Positions 12,692-25,273 of a stretch of 64,000 nt of DNA are shown one piece after another. The position numbers were made by a program, and so were the translations under genes. The notes under the pieces were generated by a model, which ran no database searches, was not told the origin of the DNA, and was given only the letters and a program-made list of their open reading frames with translations. Location: contig OZ024744.1 in the NCBI GenBank assembly GCA_964016885.1, forward strand, positions 26,350,001 to 26,414,000, read 5' to 3'. The DNA is from Eledone cirrhosa. Taxonomy: Eukaryota. The first letter of the stretch is position 1. Each line of letters opens with the position of its first letter.

Positions 12692-12866
12692 AATTGTTTC
12701 TACTTTAGGCACAAGGCCAGCAATTACCCAGTGCATTACTGGTACTTTATTTTATCGACCCCGTAAGGCAAAGTCAACCTCGGCGGGATTTGAACTCAGA
12801 TCATAAAGGGACGTAACTATGCTGGAAAGCATGGCGTCAAACCCTCTACCGATACTGCCAATCCAC
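12692..12866 (-). mobile_element. tRNA-derived SINE (cephalopod OK-like family)
   Basis: Minus strand gagttcaaatcccgccgaggttgactttgcc...ggggtcgataaaataaagtaccag...gccttgtgcc; several homologues in the window. Confidence 0.75.
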
Positions 12867-13342
12867 AATATCCTATTATCATCATTATCATTATAATTGT
12901 CATCATCTGTCAATGAACCAACATCATAACCTTTTATATTTTATATTTATATTTTATATATCTCTCTCTTTCACTTTCTATCTTTCTATTTCTCTCCCTA
13001 AATTTATTTAATCTCTTGCATTTTATCTTATCGTATTATTTTCAATTATAATATAACTTACAATTAATTAATCAATCAAATAATTAATTTATTATATAAT
13101 TAATTTATTAAAATAACCAATACACAAATATATTTAACATTTTCATGTTTATACCTTCGTATCTCTATGTTTTAACCTCGAACACCACAACTACTCTCAA
13201 TAATCTTACTATGTTTACCTTTCTTCGCACATATAAACATTTATTTATTTATTTATTTTCATATTTTGTATTATTTTGTATCATCCTCGATGTAACTTTC
13301 ATTTTATATTCATCTTTTCTATATATATACATATATATATAC

Positions 13343-13404
<62 letters not shown>

Positions 13405-13405
<1 letters not shown>

Positions 13406-14097
13406 GCGGCGATGAATTAGTTTTGCGAGGTTTTTTATATGAAATCGTGTGTCGAAACAGATATTGTTATATTTGGGGAGGGTCATATTTGCGTAATATT
13501 GCCAGAATTAATAACAGAACACACTCACTGTTTGGTTGGTTTTCGCTTCTCGCTGTCTTTTATATATACATATCTGCGATCTAACTTACTCGGTCCTCAA
13601 TGTTGCCATTGACTGACCGGCGGTCAAAAATAATACAGATACAATATAGACAAACACATATATATATAGTTTACATAATTTACATAAATCTTTCGTTGCA
13701 CATCTGCAACATCGTCAGTGGTGTTATATTCATTGTTCCTCCTGTTGTGTTGTATGTCTACGCCATTTTTTTTTTAACAAAAAAAAAAAAATGGCGTAGA
13801 CATACAAAATGGCGTAGACATACAACACAACAGGAGGAACAATGAATATAACACCACTGACGATGTGCAACGAAAGATTTATGTAAATTATGTAAACTAT
13901 ATATATATGTGTTTGTCTATATTGTATCTGTATTATTTTTGACCGCCGGTCAGTCAATGGCAACATTGAGGACCGAGTAAGTTAGATCGCAGATATGTAT
14001 ATATAAAAGACAGCGAGAAGCGAAAACCAACCAAACAGTGAGTGTGTTCTGTTATTAATTCTGGCAATATTACGCAAATATGACCCTCCCCAAATAT

Positions 14098-14105
<8 letters not shown>
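13405..14105. mobile_element. Head-to-head inverted PLE pseudo-LTR pair (~320 bp arms) within (TA)n
   Basis: 13461-~13775 is the reverse complement of ~13780-14105; hammerhead in the arms; 3' end resembles 22750-22775. Confidence 0.85.
13682..13722 (-). ncRNA. Hammerhead ribozyme motif
   Basis: Minus strand ca-CTGACGA-t-gttgca-gatg-tgcaac-GAAA-gatt-TA-tg; weak stem I; the right-arm copy near 13857 lacks 9 bp of stem II. Confidence 0.65.
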
Positions 14106-14147
<42 letters not shown>

Positions 14148-14253
14148 TTGAAAAAAGGAAAATAATTACTTCACTCGTGGTTCTAAACAATTTAATTTTA
14201 TAATATATGTATATATATACTTTCAAACGTTCAATCATCTGACAGGAAGATAT

Positions 14254-14296
14254 ACGATGCTCACGATAGCTAATAAGCTTGAAAATAGTTCATCGT
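14254..14296 (+). ncRNA. Hammerhead motif, mutated core (CTCACGA)
   Basis: acgatg-CTCACGA-tagct-aata-agctt-GAAA-atag-TT-catcgt. Confidence 0.6.
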
Positions 14297-14682
14297 TCTT
14301 TTGTCAGTGTTGAACAAACGGGCGACGATGGTTGCCGAACACTGTACGGTTTAATTCGGGCTGTTTGTTTACAAACAAACCGAACATTATAATAAATGTT
14401 CGGTAAACCCATACGTACATGTATATATGTGTGCATGTATGTATATATATACATACTACTGTACGTCTGTATACATATATGCATGTACATATACATACTT
14501 ATAGTTAAATATCAGCCGTACTAAGAGTGAGAAATGAAATTTCGTTTTATTCTTTTCCATTTATCGTTTTCTGTATGCCCGGCCGACTAACTCACTCGAT
14601 ATGCAAATTAGGCTGCTCAGCCGTTAATATGCATAAGGAAAGTATATACTTTCAAACGTTCAATCATCCGATAGGAAGGTAT

Positions 14683-14725
14683 ACGGTGCTGATGACAGCC
14701 AATAAGCTAGAAACTAGTTCATCGT
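14683..14725 (+). ncRNA. Hammerhead ribozyme motif
   Basis: acggtg-CTGATGA-cagcc-aata-agcta-GAAA-ctag-TT-catcgt. Confidence 0.75.
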
Positions 14726-14843
14726 TCCTTTGTCAGTGTTGAACAAAAGGGCGACGATGGTTGCCGAACACTGTACGGCTTAATTCCGGATGTTTTCTTA
14801 CAAACAAACCGAACATTATAATAAATGTTCGGTAAATCCATAC

Positions 14844-14930
<87 letters not shown>

Positions 14931-15200
14931 TGTATGTATATATATACATAATACTGTACGTCTGTATACATATATGTATGTACGTATACATACTTATATT
15001 TATATACGTAACGTGCTCAATACAAAGCAGTGTGTAAATGTTTAATATAGACAAGCTTCTACATGACTAGAACTGTTTCATTCGTGAGAAATCATCATAT
15101 ATATGCACAATGAGTTATATGGTTTGTTGATTATTATTCAACAGAGTTAATTTTATAACAGATTTGAAACAATCTACAGTATTTAGCTGGAGTATTATTA

Positions 15201-15655
15201 ATATTAACAATATAAATAAATGGAAAATATCTTTATAATAACATATTTATTTTATCATACGTATTTCAAGGACACTAAATTTTAGTGTGCTTTCATCAGA
15301 TGAAATATAATATTTCGTGTTAATATATTGTCATACTTTATTTGGTGTTAAGATATTGACATACCTTAGCGTAGACTTAATAGTATAAGTCTGTTAGCGG
15401 GCTTATACTGTTAAGTCTACGCTAAGGTATGGCAATATCTTAACATCAATCCCGTCGAGATTAACTTTGCATTCCATCCTTACGGGGTCGATAAAATAAA
15501 GTACCAGTAATGTACTGGTTAATTGCTCGCCTTGTGCCAAAAGTAGAAACAATTATGTTTTATCTGATGAAAGCACACTAAAATTTAGTGTCCTTCAAAT
15601 TCGTATAATAAAATAAATATTTTATTATAAAGATATTTTCAATTTATTAATATTG

Positions 15656-15662
<7 letters not shown>
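15201..15662. mobile_element. Inverted ~110 bp arms, each with a hammerhead, enclosing a ~50 bp-stem hairpin and a SINE fragment
   Basis: 15201-15311 versus 15552-15662; inner palindrome 15344-15447; SINE piece 15449-15554. Confidence 0.8.
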
Positions 15663-15723
<61 letters not shown>

Positions 15724-15767
15724 TGTGTGTGTGTGTGCATGTGTGTGGGGTGGGGGTGGGGGTGTAA

Positions 15768-15840
15768 AGGCACGTGGCTGAGTGGTTAGAGAATTGGATT
15801 CGCAATCGCGAAGTTATGATTTCGATTCCCGGACCTGGCG
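15768..15840 (+). mobile_element. tRNA-like SINE head
   Basis: A box tggctgagtgg and B box-like ttcgattcc. Confidence 0.6.
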
Positions 15841-16371
15841 CTGCGTTATCTCCTCCTGCCTGGACATGCGACCGACATATAATTGGAAAGACCAATCTAA
15901 ACAATGTTGTCCGATTTGACGATCTTCAGCACACGTTGTGGGAATGAAGTCTGGGATCTTGTTGATCGACTATCGATATGTATATATATATATATGTATA
16001 TGCGCGGGGACATAGAAATAGTTAGGCTGGATACCCGATCGCGCAGTTATACCACTGGGAGTAAAGGATCCCTATGTTTTGTCAGGGCATTCTTCTAGGA
16101 GAAGGCAACTCAGGAAACTGGGATAACTCCGATATATAAACCTGTGGCTCAGTAGTTACTGGTTACAGTTACTGTCGCTCAGAGAGTGGGATTGGCTCAG
16201 TGCACAGTCTTTCCTCGCTTAAAAAAACATCTTCACGCATAGGCATTACACGATAGAAGTAATAAATAATTATTAATAATGTTATATCGTGCAATGGCCA
16301 TATTCGATAACGAGGGGGCAACCATCATGTATATGAATACATATATATAAATAGTTACAAAAGTGACATAA

Positions 16372-16421
16372 ACAGGCTCTTAAGTTTCGTTGGGTTCTGG
16401 ACCACAACTCATTCAGCCTGT
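16372..16421 (-). ncRNA. Atypical hammerhead-like motif
   Basis: Minus strand acagg-CTGAATGA-gttg..caac-GAAA-cttaag-AG-cctgt. Confidence 0.45.
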
Positions 16422-17144
16422 CATAATGAAAATGAAAATAAAGATGTCCGCCGCAGGTTGAATTTGGTTTACTTTCAGAAATATAATATCAGAGTTTAAA
16501 CAAAGACAGGTAATTTAGAAAATAGTTAATATATTTTAAAAGTATGAGCAAATATAGTTAAGATCAAGGGAAGTAACTCTTACAACACCACAGTCAAGAG
16601 TAAGGAAAAATAATTTTTTCTCAGTTGACTCAAACAATCCAAATTCATTGGATTACAAACTAAACAGTGACTCAACGTATATTCCTAGACCAATCAATCG
16701 GGTCTAAGCCATTTACGCAGAATATACCTGATTTCGTGTGGACAACGGTTAAAACAATCGAGGTATTCAGGAAGAGTTTATCTGAATATATATACATATA
16801 ATTGGATTTACATTCCGATAAATTGTATTCAGTAATTAAGACAATTCTTATTTCTTAACTTGATAAATAACAAAAGTTATTTTCTGTTTCTCTTGTGTTA
16901 GTTGAATCCTGTTAAGGAACAGTTTATCTGGATATTGTAAAGATTTATATAGCGACACCATATGATGGTGGTAGTGATGGTGGTGGTGGTGGTAGTGGTG
17001 GTGGTGGTGGTAGTGGTGGTTGTAGTGGTGGTAATGTTAGAGTTGGTAGAGGTGGTGGTGGTGGCGGTGGTGGTCATGATAAGCGGTGGGGCATAGAGCT
17101 TTTTTTGCGGGGTTGATGAAGAAGAGAGAAAGGTTGTGAAAAAC

Positions 17145-17360
17145 AATGGTCTCTTATTTAGGCACAAGGCCAGCTTATTTAGGTACAAGGCCTTTTGGTT
17201 GGAGGGCAAAGTCTGTTTAATCTTAGCCAGTGTATTACTGGTACTTTATTTTATCTAATGCCGTAAAGCTGACCTATGAAAGATTTCAACTTAGATAGTA
17301 AAAGGGGAGTAACTATATGACATAGACTATATTGTCTGACGCTCCACCGATACTGGTAAT
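17145..17360 (-). mobile_element. Degraded SINE (same family as 12692-12866)
   Basis: ggcacaaggccagc...tactggtactttattttatc. Confidence 0.6.
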
Positions 17361-17451
17361 GCATGAAGGGGTGTTAGTGTTGGTGGGGATAGTTTGGCGT
17401 TGATAACGACAACAATGAAGTAAACAAGGGGAGAAAACATAACATATGCTA

Positions 17452-18152
<701 letters not shown>

Positions 18153-18186
18153 AGGAACAATAGCACCAGCAACAATAACCTTTCTC

Positions 18187-18260
<74 letters not shown>

Positions 18261-18391
18261 GTGAGGTTTTTTTTACAAAATGAAAAATAACCGAGGTGTC
18301 CTATACGAGTGAAAGTATAAAGAAAAAGAGATGAAATCGAAAATGCAACTGAAGTCTTATTTTTTTTTAAAATATATATATTTATTTGGTT

Positions 18392-18429
18392 CCTTTACCG
18401 GTTTCGCAGTTCTTCTGCTTTTCAAAAGG
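18392..18429 (-). ncRNA. Hammerhead motif, U3-A8 variant (left arm)
   Basis: Reverse complement of 18478-18515. Confidence 0.7.
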
Positions 18430-18477
18430 TGAGTTGAGATGGAGGGTCTGTGGTTTTTCACCCTCCATCTCAACTCA

Positions 18478-18515
18478 CCTTTTGAAAAGCAGAAGAACTG
18501 CGAAACCGGTAAAGG
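18478..18515 (+). ncRNA. Hammerhead motif, U3-A8 variant (right arm)
   Basis: cctt-TTGAAAA-gcag-aagaa-ctgc-GAAA-ccgg-TA-aagg. Confidence 0.7.
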
Positions 18516-18584
18516 AACCAAATAAATATATATATTTTTAAAAAAAATAAGACTTCAGTTGCATTTTCGATTTCATCTCTTTTT

Positions 18585-18675
<91 letters not shown>

Positions 18676-18681
18676 TATGTA

Positions 18682-18740
18682 TATCTGATGAGAACACATT
18701 TTTATCCCAGGAAGATGTTGTTTTCGAAATGCGCATCATA
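18682..18740 (+). ncRNA. Hammerhead motif in a ~110 bp island between (TA)n runs
   Basis: tat-CTGATGA-gaacacatttt..aagatgttgttttc-GAAA-tgcgca-TC-ata. Confidence 0.7.
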
Positions 18741-18778
18741 AAATATATGGAACGTTTTTTACCACCTTTTAATTTCTT

Positions 18779-18824
<46 letters not shown>

Positions 18825-19002
18825 CATACATAAACGGAGAAAGCTAATAGCGATACTCCGGCCAAATTCAAACTTACTCAACAAACATTAGGAAGTACCC
18901 GAGTATATTCCTGATTAAACGTTCGGGGTGAAAACTATATTGTATTGTGTGGAGAGTTGGCTGTATTATTTCATATGTGATATATCAAATATATCACTTC
19001 CC

Positions 19003-19118
19003 AGAGGACTTGTTTCTTTATAAGATTTCTACAAGTTGGGTGAAATTATACCAAATTATGTAGAAGCTTGTATAAGATCAACAGATACTTATACAAGTGG
19101 GCTCTTATAATTCTTCAG
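19003..19118 (-). ncRNA. Hammerhead-like motif with multibranched stem II; 5' strand of stem I missing
   Basis: Minus strand CTGAAGA-a-ttataaga-[two hairpins]-tcttataa-a-GAAA-caag-TC. Confidence 0.5.
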
Positions 19119-19383
19119 GGAAAACAATGAAATGAAATTTCATTTCTCACTCTTAGTACAGCTGTCACTTAAATATAAGTATGTATACGTACATACATAT
19201 ATGTATACAGACGTACATTAGTATGTATATACATACATACATGCACACATATATATATATATATATGTACGTATGGGTTTAACGAACATTTATTATAATG
19301 TTCGGTTTGTTTGTAAACAAAAAGCCCGAATTATTAGCCGTAGTGTTCGGCAACCATCGTCGCCTTTTTGGTCAAAACTGACA
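19119..19383 (-). mobile_element. Partial third copy of the 429 bp unit
   Basis: Reverse complement of ~14302-14558. Confidence 0.85.
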
Positions 19384-22378
19384 CATTTACAAAATTATGT
19401 TGGAGCCTCAAAAACAAAAACAAAAGTAACAACATACGCACACACACACACACACATACAACACACACCCCAACAACAACAGACACACAGACACAAACAA
19501 CGATAACAACAACACACACATCAAAAATAATAACATACTCAGAAACAACAACATACACACAGACACAAACAACAATAACAACAGACACACAGGCACAACA
19601 ACAATAACAACACACAACAATAATAACATACACGAAGACAACAACAACAACACACATCAACAACAACAACAATACACACACATTCTATGCCTCTCACCAC
19701 CACCACAATCTTAACAAACACACAGACACAGAAAACAGGTAATGACAGTAACACAGAAGTAAGGGAAGGTAATGGGATTGAAAGGAGAAGGGAGACTTTC
19801 TATACTGACAGAGAAAATAACCAGGACGAACACACAGACACAAAAAATAGAGTAGATAATAACAATGAGCCAGAGGAAAGAGACAGGAGTAATAATGAGA
19901 GACATAGAAACAACCATGAGGCTGTTGGTGGAAATAGAAATAGAAACAACACAACTAACAATAACAATAGCAATAGTACACATAAAGCAGCAGCCTGGAA
20001 CTCTACTTTTTATAATCCTTCCGATATGTCATTCGACCTACGACGAGTCCACGCCATGACTTTAGCTTTTAACAATCGCACGCAATTGCCGTCGCAGTTC
20101 GATGAACAAACAGAAGCACAATTTAGTATAGCTAGATCTAAACTTAGAAATATTATAGAACAGTATAGCAAGAAGCAAAATAGAATGGAGGCCCAGCAAC
20201 TGGCAGAAAAATCTGCAAATGGCTTGCGTAAGCTCATGCAGCGCTCGCGTAATGGAGAGATTGTATACTTTCCAATAGACAAGTCTGGCAGAATGTCGGT
20301 TGACAGTCTGTCAAACTAGATCCAGGCAATGCAACCCCACATCACAAACACAAGAGAAGTAACACCACAAGAGCATGAGAATAGGGGGAAAACCCTCAAT
20401 GCCCATATGATGCCCATATGAAGATGTGGACAAATATAATGCAGCCCAACAAAAGAACTGCCAACAATGACGTGCCAGCGTTGTATGGGCTTCGAAAAGA
20501 CCATAAAACGAGCAGTGCCCCTGTCACAGGACCACCAACACGGCCAGTCTGTGGAGCTAACATTGCTAGTAACTACATACTTTCCTACTTCCTCTCCCTG
20601 ATCATACGCCCCATCATTGAAATGTCCCCAGATATATGTGACAGCACGGAGGACCTCCTCAGCAGAATCAGCGAAAGTAAGCGATCTAGGGACCTAACAA
20701 ACTGTATAATAGGTAGTATGGATGTTGTGTCCCTATATCCATCTATTGACGGGGATTTTGCTGTGGAGAAATGCGTAGAAATGATCGGTGAGAGCAATGT
20801 TGAATTCCGTGGGATTGATACCAGTGAGCTGGGACTCCTACTTAAACTTACCTATAGTAATGATTATCTAGACACATATGACCTTAGCAACCTGTGCCCT
20901 ACAAGACCAGCAAGAGGCAGACCACCTACCATTACCTCAATGGCCAAGAAAACCCACACAGATAGATGGAACGGGTGGACCAGAGCCATACGGACACCCG
21001 AAAAGCACGATGAACTAAAGAAAATGATTGCACATGCGGTGGGGGCCAGTTTAAAATTAACCTTTAAGGAACATATGTTCAAATTTAATGGAAAAATATA
21101 TGCCCAATTGGAGGGAGAAGCCATTGGTGTTAGCATTGCAGGTGACATAGCTAAACTATTCATGGTATGGTGGGACAATAGACTGAAACTTAAACTTAGA
21201 GAACAATTAGAAGACACCAACCTCTTAACCCTGATAATGTACTCCCGCTACGTTGATGATATAAACATCATAGTAAAAACACCCCCACTAGAGAACAGTA
21301 AGAAATTAGAGAAAAACACCATGGAAAGCATCCAGCAAATAGCTAACTCCATCCACCAGAGTATTAGAGTTACTACAGACTACCCAAACAAACACCCCAA
21401 CCATCGATTACCTGTACTAGACACAGAGTTCTGGTTAGATACCACTAATAACAAAAACAAATCCTCCATTCCCATTATGCCAAACCCATGAATTCCAAAT
21501 AGCTGATCCACCTAAACTCAGCTGTTTCAGACCATACCAAAATCAACATACTGATTGCGGATATGGTACGGGTGATGAGAAACGTGTCCCGCATGTGCAA
21601 CCCCAAAGAACTAGAGAGACACATACAACACTTCATCCACCGTATGCAGTTCTCTGGTTACAATCAGAGAGATAAAATCAGAGTATATAGAGGAGCCAGA
21701 ACCAAATGGGAAAAAATGGTAAATAATGATATAAATGGGACCTGCCCCTTGTATAGGAGCACATTTTGGAATAGAATAGAAAGAACTAGGCATAAGGTTA
21801 ATGGAATAAACTCATGGTATGATAGCAATAAATACCAGAGTTTAATGTTCATCGATACAACCCCTAGAGGTGAATTAGCTTACAAATTTAGAAGGGCACT
21901 AGATAAACATAAACTCAATATTAAGATAGTAGAAAGACCAGGTACCTCCATAAAAACACTTATTAGCAATACATACCCTTTTCAAAGACCTCCCTGTATA
22001 GATAAGAAATGCATAATATGTAAACTAAGCCCCCATATTAACTGTAAAACTAGAAATGTAGTATATAGCATAAGATGTACTGAAGGACAATGTAGAGATG
22101 AGAAAATAGTGTACACAGGTGAGACAGCTCGTAGTATAGGAGAACAGATAAATGAACACTGGCGAGAGCTTCAAGATAGAAAGAAATCATCTGTACTCCA
22201 CCAATATGCTAAAATAGAACATAAGGGTAAATTAGAGAACATAGAAATAAAAATAGAATCTATACACAGAAAAGACGCAATGTTTAGACAAATCACAGAA
22301 GCAATAAACATAAATGAACTCCAACCAAAATTAAATAGAAAACATGAATGGAATAGCAACATCACAACTTACAATTAA
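19384..22378 (+). pseudogene. PLE RT-GIY-YIG ORF, broken by stops and frameshifts
   Basis: DKSG, LYGLRKDHK, RPVCG, DVVSLYPSI, AIGVSIAG, RYVDDI, LPVLD, C..KKC..C, NVVYSIRC..C..YTGETARS..EH. Confidence 0.9.
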
Positions 22379-22580
22379 TGACAAAATGAAAACACACACA
22401 CACATAGAACAAACAACCAACCAGTAACATGTAAATAAACAAATAAATAATAAACAAATATAAACACACACAGAGACCCGGATGTAACACATGGGCAAAC
22501 TAAGTACACAACACACACAAAAATAAGATGACGTATGACAGAACAAAGGAGAGGCACAAAAAGAAAGAAAAGAATCCCCA

Positions 22581-22623
22581 GTCACTGAAGATGTCACAGA
22601 ATGTGTGACGAAAGAACTTTGAC
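22581..22623 (+). ncRNA. Hammerhead ribozyme motif in the PLE pseudo-LTR
   Basis: gtca-CTGAAGA-t-gtcaca-gaatg-tgtgac-GAAA-gaac-TT-tgac. Confidence 0.8.
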
Positions 22624-22775
22624 AATATATGAACAACCGTCCGGTTGTGGAACCAACCAACCAACCGGAAATTTATATATTCTTAAATCTATAAATTTAA
22701 CTTACAATAAATTGGGTGAAACAACTGGTGCGTGTGTTTCTTATTTGCAACATGACCCTCCCAAAGCATAACAAT

Positions 22776-22887
<112 letters not shown>

Positions 22888-22969
22888 GTATACGTACATA
22901 CATATATGTATACAGACGCACAGTTATATTTATATATATATACGTACATGCACATATACATATATATAT

Positions 22970-23100
<131 letters not shown>

Positions 23101-23369
23101 ATATACATATGTATAAACATATATGTATATATATTGATAGATAAATATACACGGGTGTGTATATATATATATATTCTATATATATATATATATGTATATA
23201 TATATGTATATATATATATGTATATATATGTTCATATATATATATGTGTGTATGTATATATATATATATATATATATATAGACAAATATATATATATAAT
23301 ATACATATATAAATGAGAAACGTTATTGTTGGTGTAAATAAATATATACATATATATATACATATATAA

Positions 23370-23463
<94 letters not shown>

Positions 23464-23874
23464 TATGGTGCTTAAAACGCTGTATAGTTTGCTGCAGAGC
23501 AAGCAGCAACGGAGAGCAGCAGAGAGTAATCGAAAGTTACATCTAAAAGGTGCTGTCTGCAGAAAACGAAACGAAAAGGAGAATGGAAGTTGACAGATGA
23601 GCATATCTGAACTGCCGAAGGACTGGTCCGGAATAATGGTTGTCGCTTGATGGAAAGAAACATTAATAGCAGACCATATAGCGAAACATTAACATGGACG
23701 GCTGTGCCATGTTGAGGGGAAAAAATATATATATATATACAATAAATAAATAAATAAATACAAATGAACAAATATAGAATATAGAATAAAATAAAATAAC
23801 GAAAAAAAAAACACTTTGGTTTATATCTCTATATAACCTATCAATAAATAAATATATATAACGGTTGTAAGACA

Positions 23875-24425
23875 AAGAAGAAGAAGAAGAAGAAGAAGAC
23901 GGAGGGGGAGGAGGATGTGGAGAGGAGGATGTGGAGAGGAGGATGTGGAGAGGAGGAGGTGGATGAGAAGAAGAAGGAGGAGGAGAAGGAGGAGGAGAAG
24001 AAGAAGATGAATAAGAAGAAGAAGAAAAAGAAGAAGGAGGAGGAGGAGGAGGAGGAGAAGGAGGAGGAGAAGGAGAAGAAGAAGAAAATGAATAAGAAGA
24101 ACAAGAAGAACAAGAAGAAGAAGGGGGAGGAGGATGAGGAGGAGGAGGAGGAGGAGGAGGAGGTGGTGGTGGTGGTTGAGTAGAAGATGAGGAGGAGTAG
24201 AGGGGTGAGAAGGAGAGAAGATGGATAAGTAAGAAGAAAAGGTAGAAGAAGAAGGAGGAGGTGGAGATGGGGAGGAGGAGGTGGAGGAGGATGATGGAGG
24301 AGAGGATGAGGAGAGGGAGGAGGGTAAGAAGAAGAAGGAGGTGGGGAGAGAGAAGAAGAAGAAGAAGAAGAAGAAAGAGGAGGAGGAAGGGGAGGAGGAG
24401 AAGATGAAGAAGAATGAGGAGAAGA
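23875..24425 (+). repeat. Purine-rich (GAA/GGA)n low-complexity tract
   Basis: Direct reading. Confidence 0.9.
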
Positions 24426-24456
24426 TATACTAATATAATAAACACACACACATGTG

Positions 24457-24515
24457 TATATATACACACAGACACTCGCATATGTGTGTGTGTGTGTGTA
24501 TGTATATAATTATAC

Positions 24516-24595
<80 letters not shown>

Positions 24596-24644
24596 AATTA
24601 TATAAATACACACACACACATATGCGAGTGTCTGTGTGTATATA
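24457..24644. repeat. Fold-back palindrome centred on (TA)n
   Basis: cacacagacactcgcatatgtg... versus ...cacatatgcgagtgtctgtgtg. Confidence 0.85.
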
Positions 24645-24877
24645 ATTGAAGGATGAGTATTTTAAACTTTATTTTATTCTGAGTTAAGGCTCCATTGATT
24701 TTTCCCTGGATTTCACTAAATTTGTGGATGAATCTATATCCTGATTCTCTTTGAATTGAGTTTGAATTATTTTTCCCACATCTTACGTTAACTATTTTCC
24801 AATGTTGACGCTATAGTCACTTATATATTATGGAATACTGTTGGCTTCTTGCTACAATGTTTTCTATAGCTTTCATT

Positions 24878-24943
<66 letters not shown>

Positions 24944-25273
24944 TAAATAGTACGCATACACACACGCACACACACACATGTATATTTATAAGCAAAGTTA
25001 CAACCACATCTGAATTGCTCGATAGATATTTGTGTTAATCACCTGCATCGACTGCTTTCATCCATGGCTATCATGATGTCCTATATATATACTATATATG
25101 GTATGGTCCCGAAACTCCTAATACTGTTGTAGGGGCGCTGTATTGACATACAACGTTTCTTGGGTATTTCATACCAGGCCGAGCCCATCTCTCTCCAGGT
25201 CTGAGTACAGCAGATTTCTTCCAGAGAGAGGAACAGTCGAATTCCCTACTAGACTGGTATTATTTTTATCGGT

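Larger units (their letters stand above)
14213..15000 (+). mobile_element. Tandem 429 bp hammerhead-containing unit (pseudo-LTR or retrozyme-like), about 1.8 copies
   Basis: actttcaaacgttcaatcatc at 14219 and 14648; a third inverted partial copy at ~19119-19383. Confidence 0.8.
18275..18591. mobile_element. Near-perfect palindromic element (~132 bp arms, 12 nt loop) with variant hammerheads, within (TA)n
   Basis: 18316-18447 versus 18460-18591; homologue at 25684-26095. Confidence 0.85.
19384..22775 (+). mobile_element. Penelope-like element, 5'-truncated, with 3' pseudo-LTR, ending in (TA)n
   Basis: RT plus GIY-YIG ORF, hammerhead in the 3' region. Confidence 0.9.
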
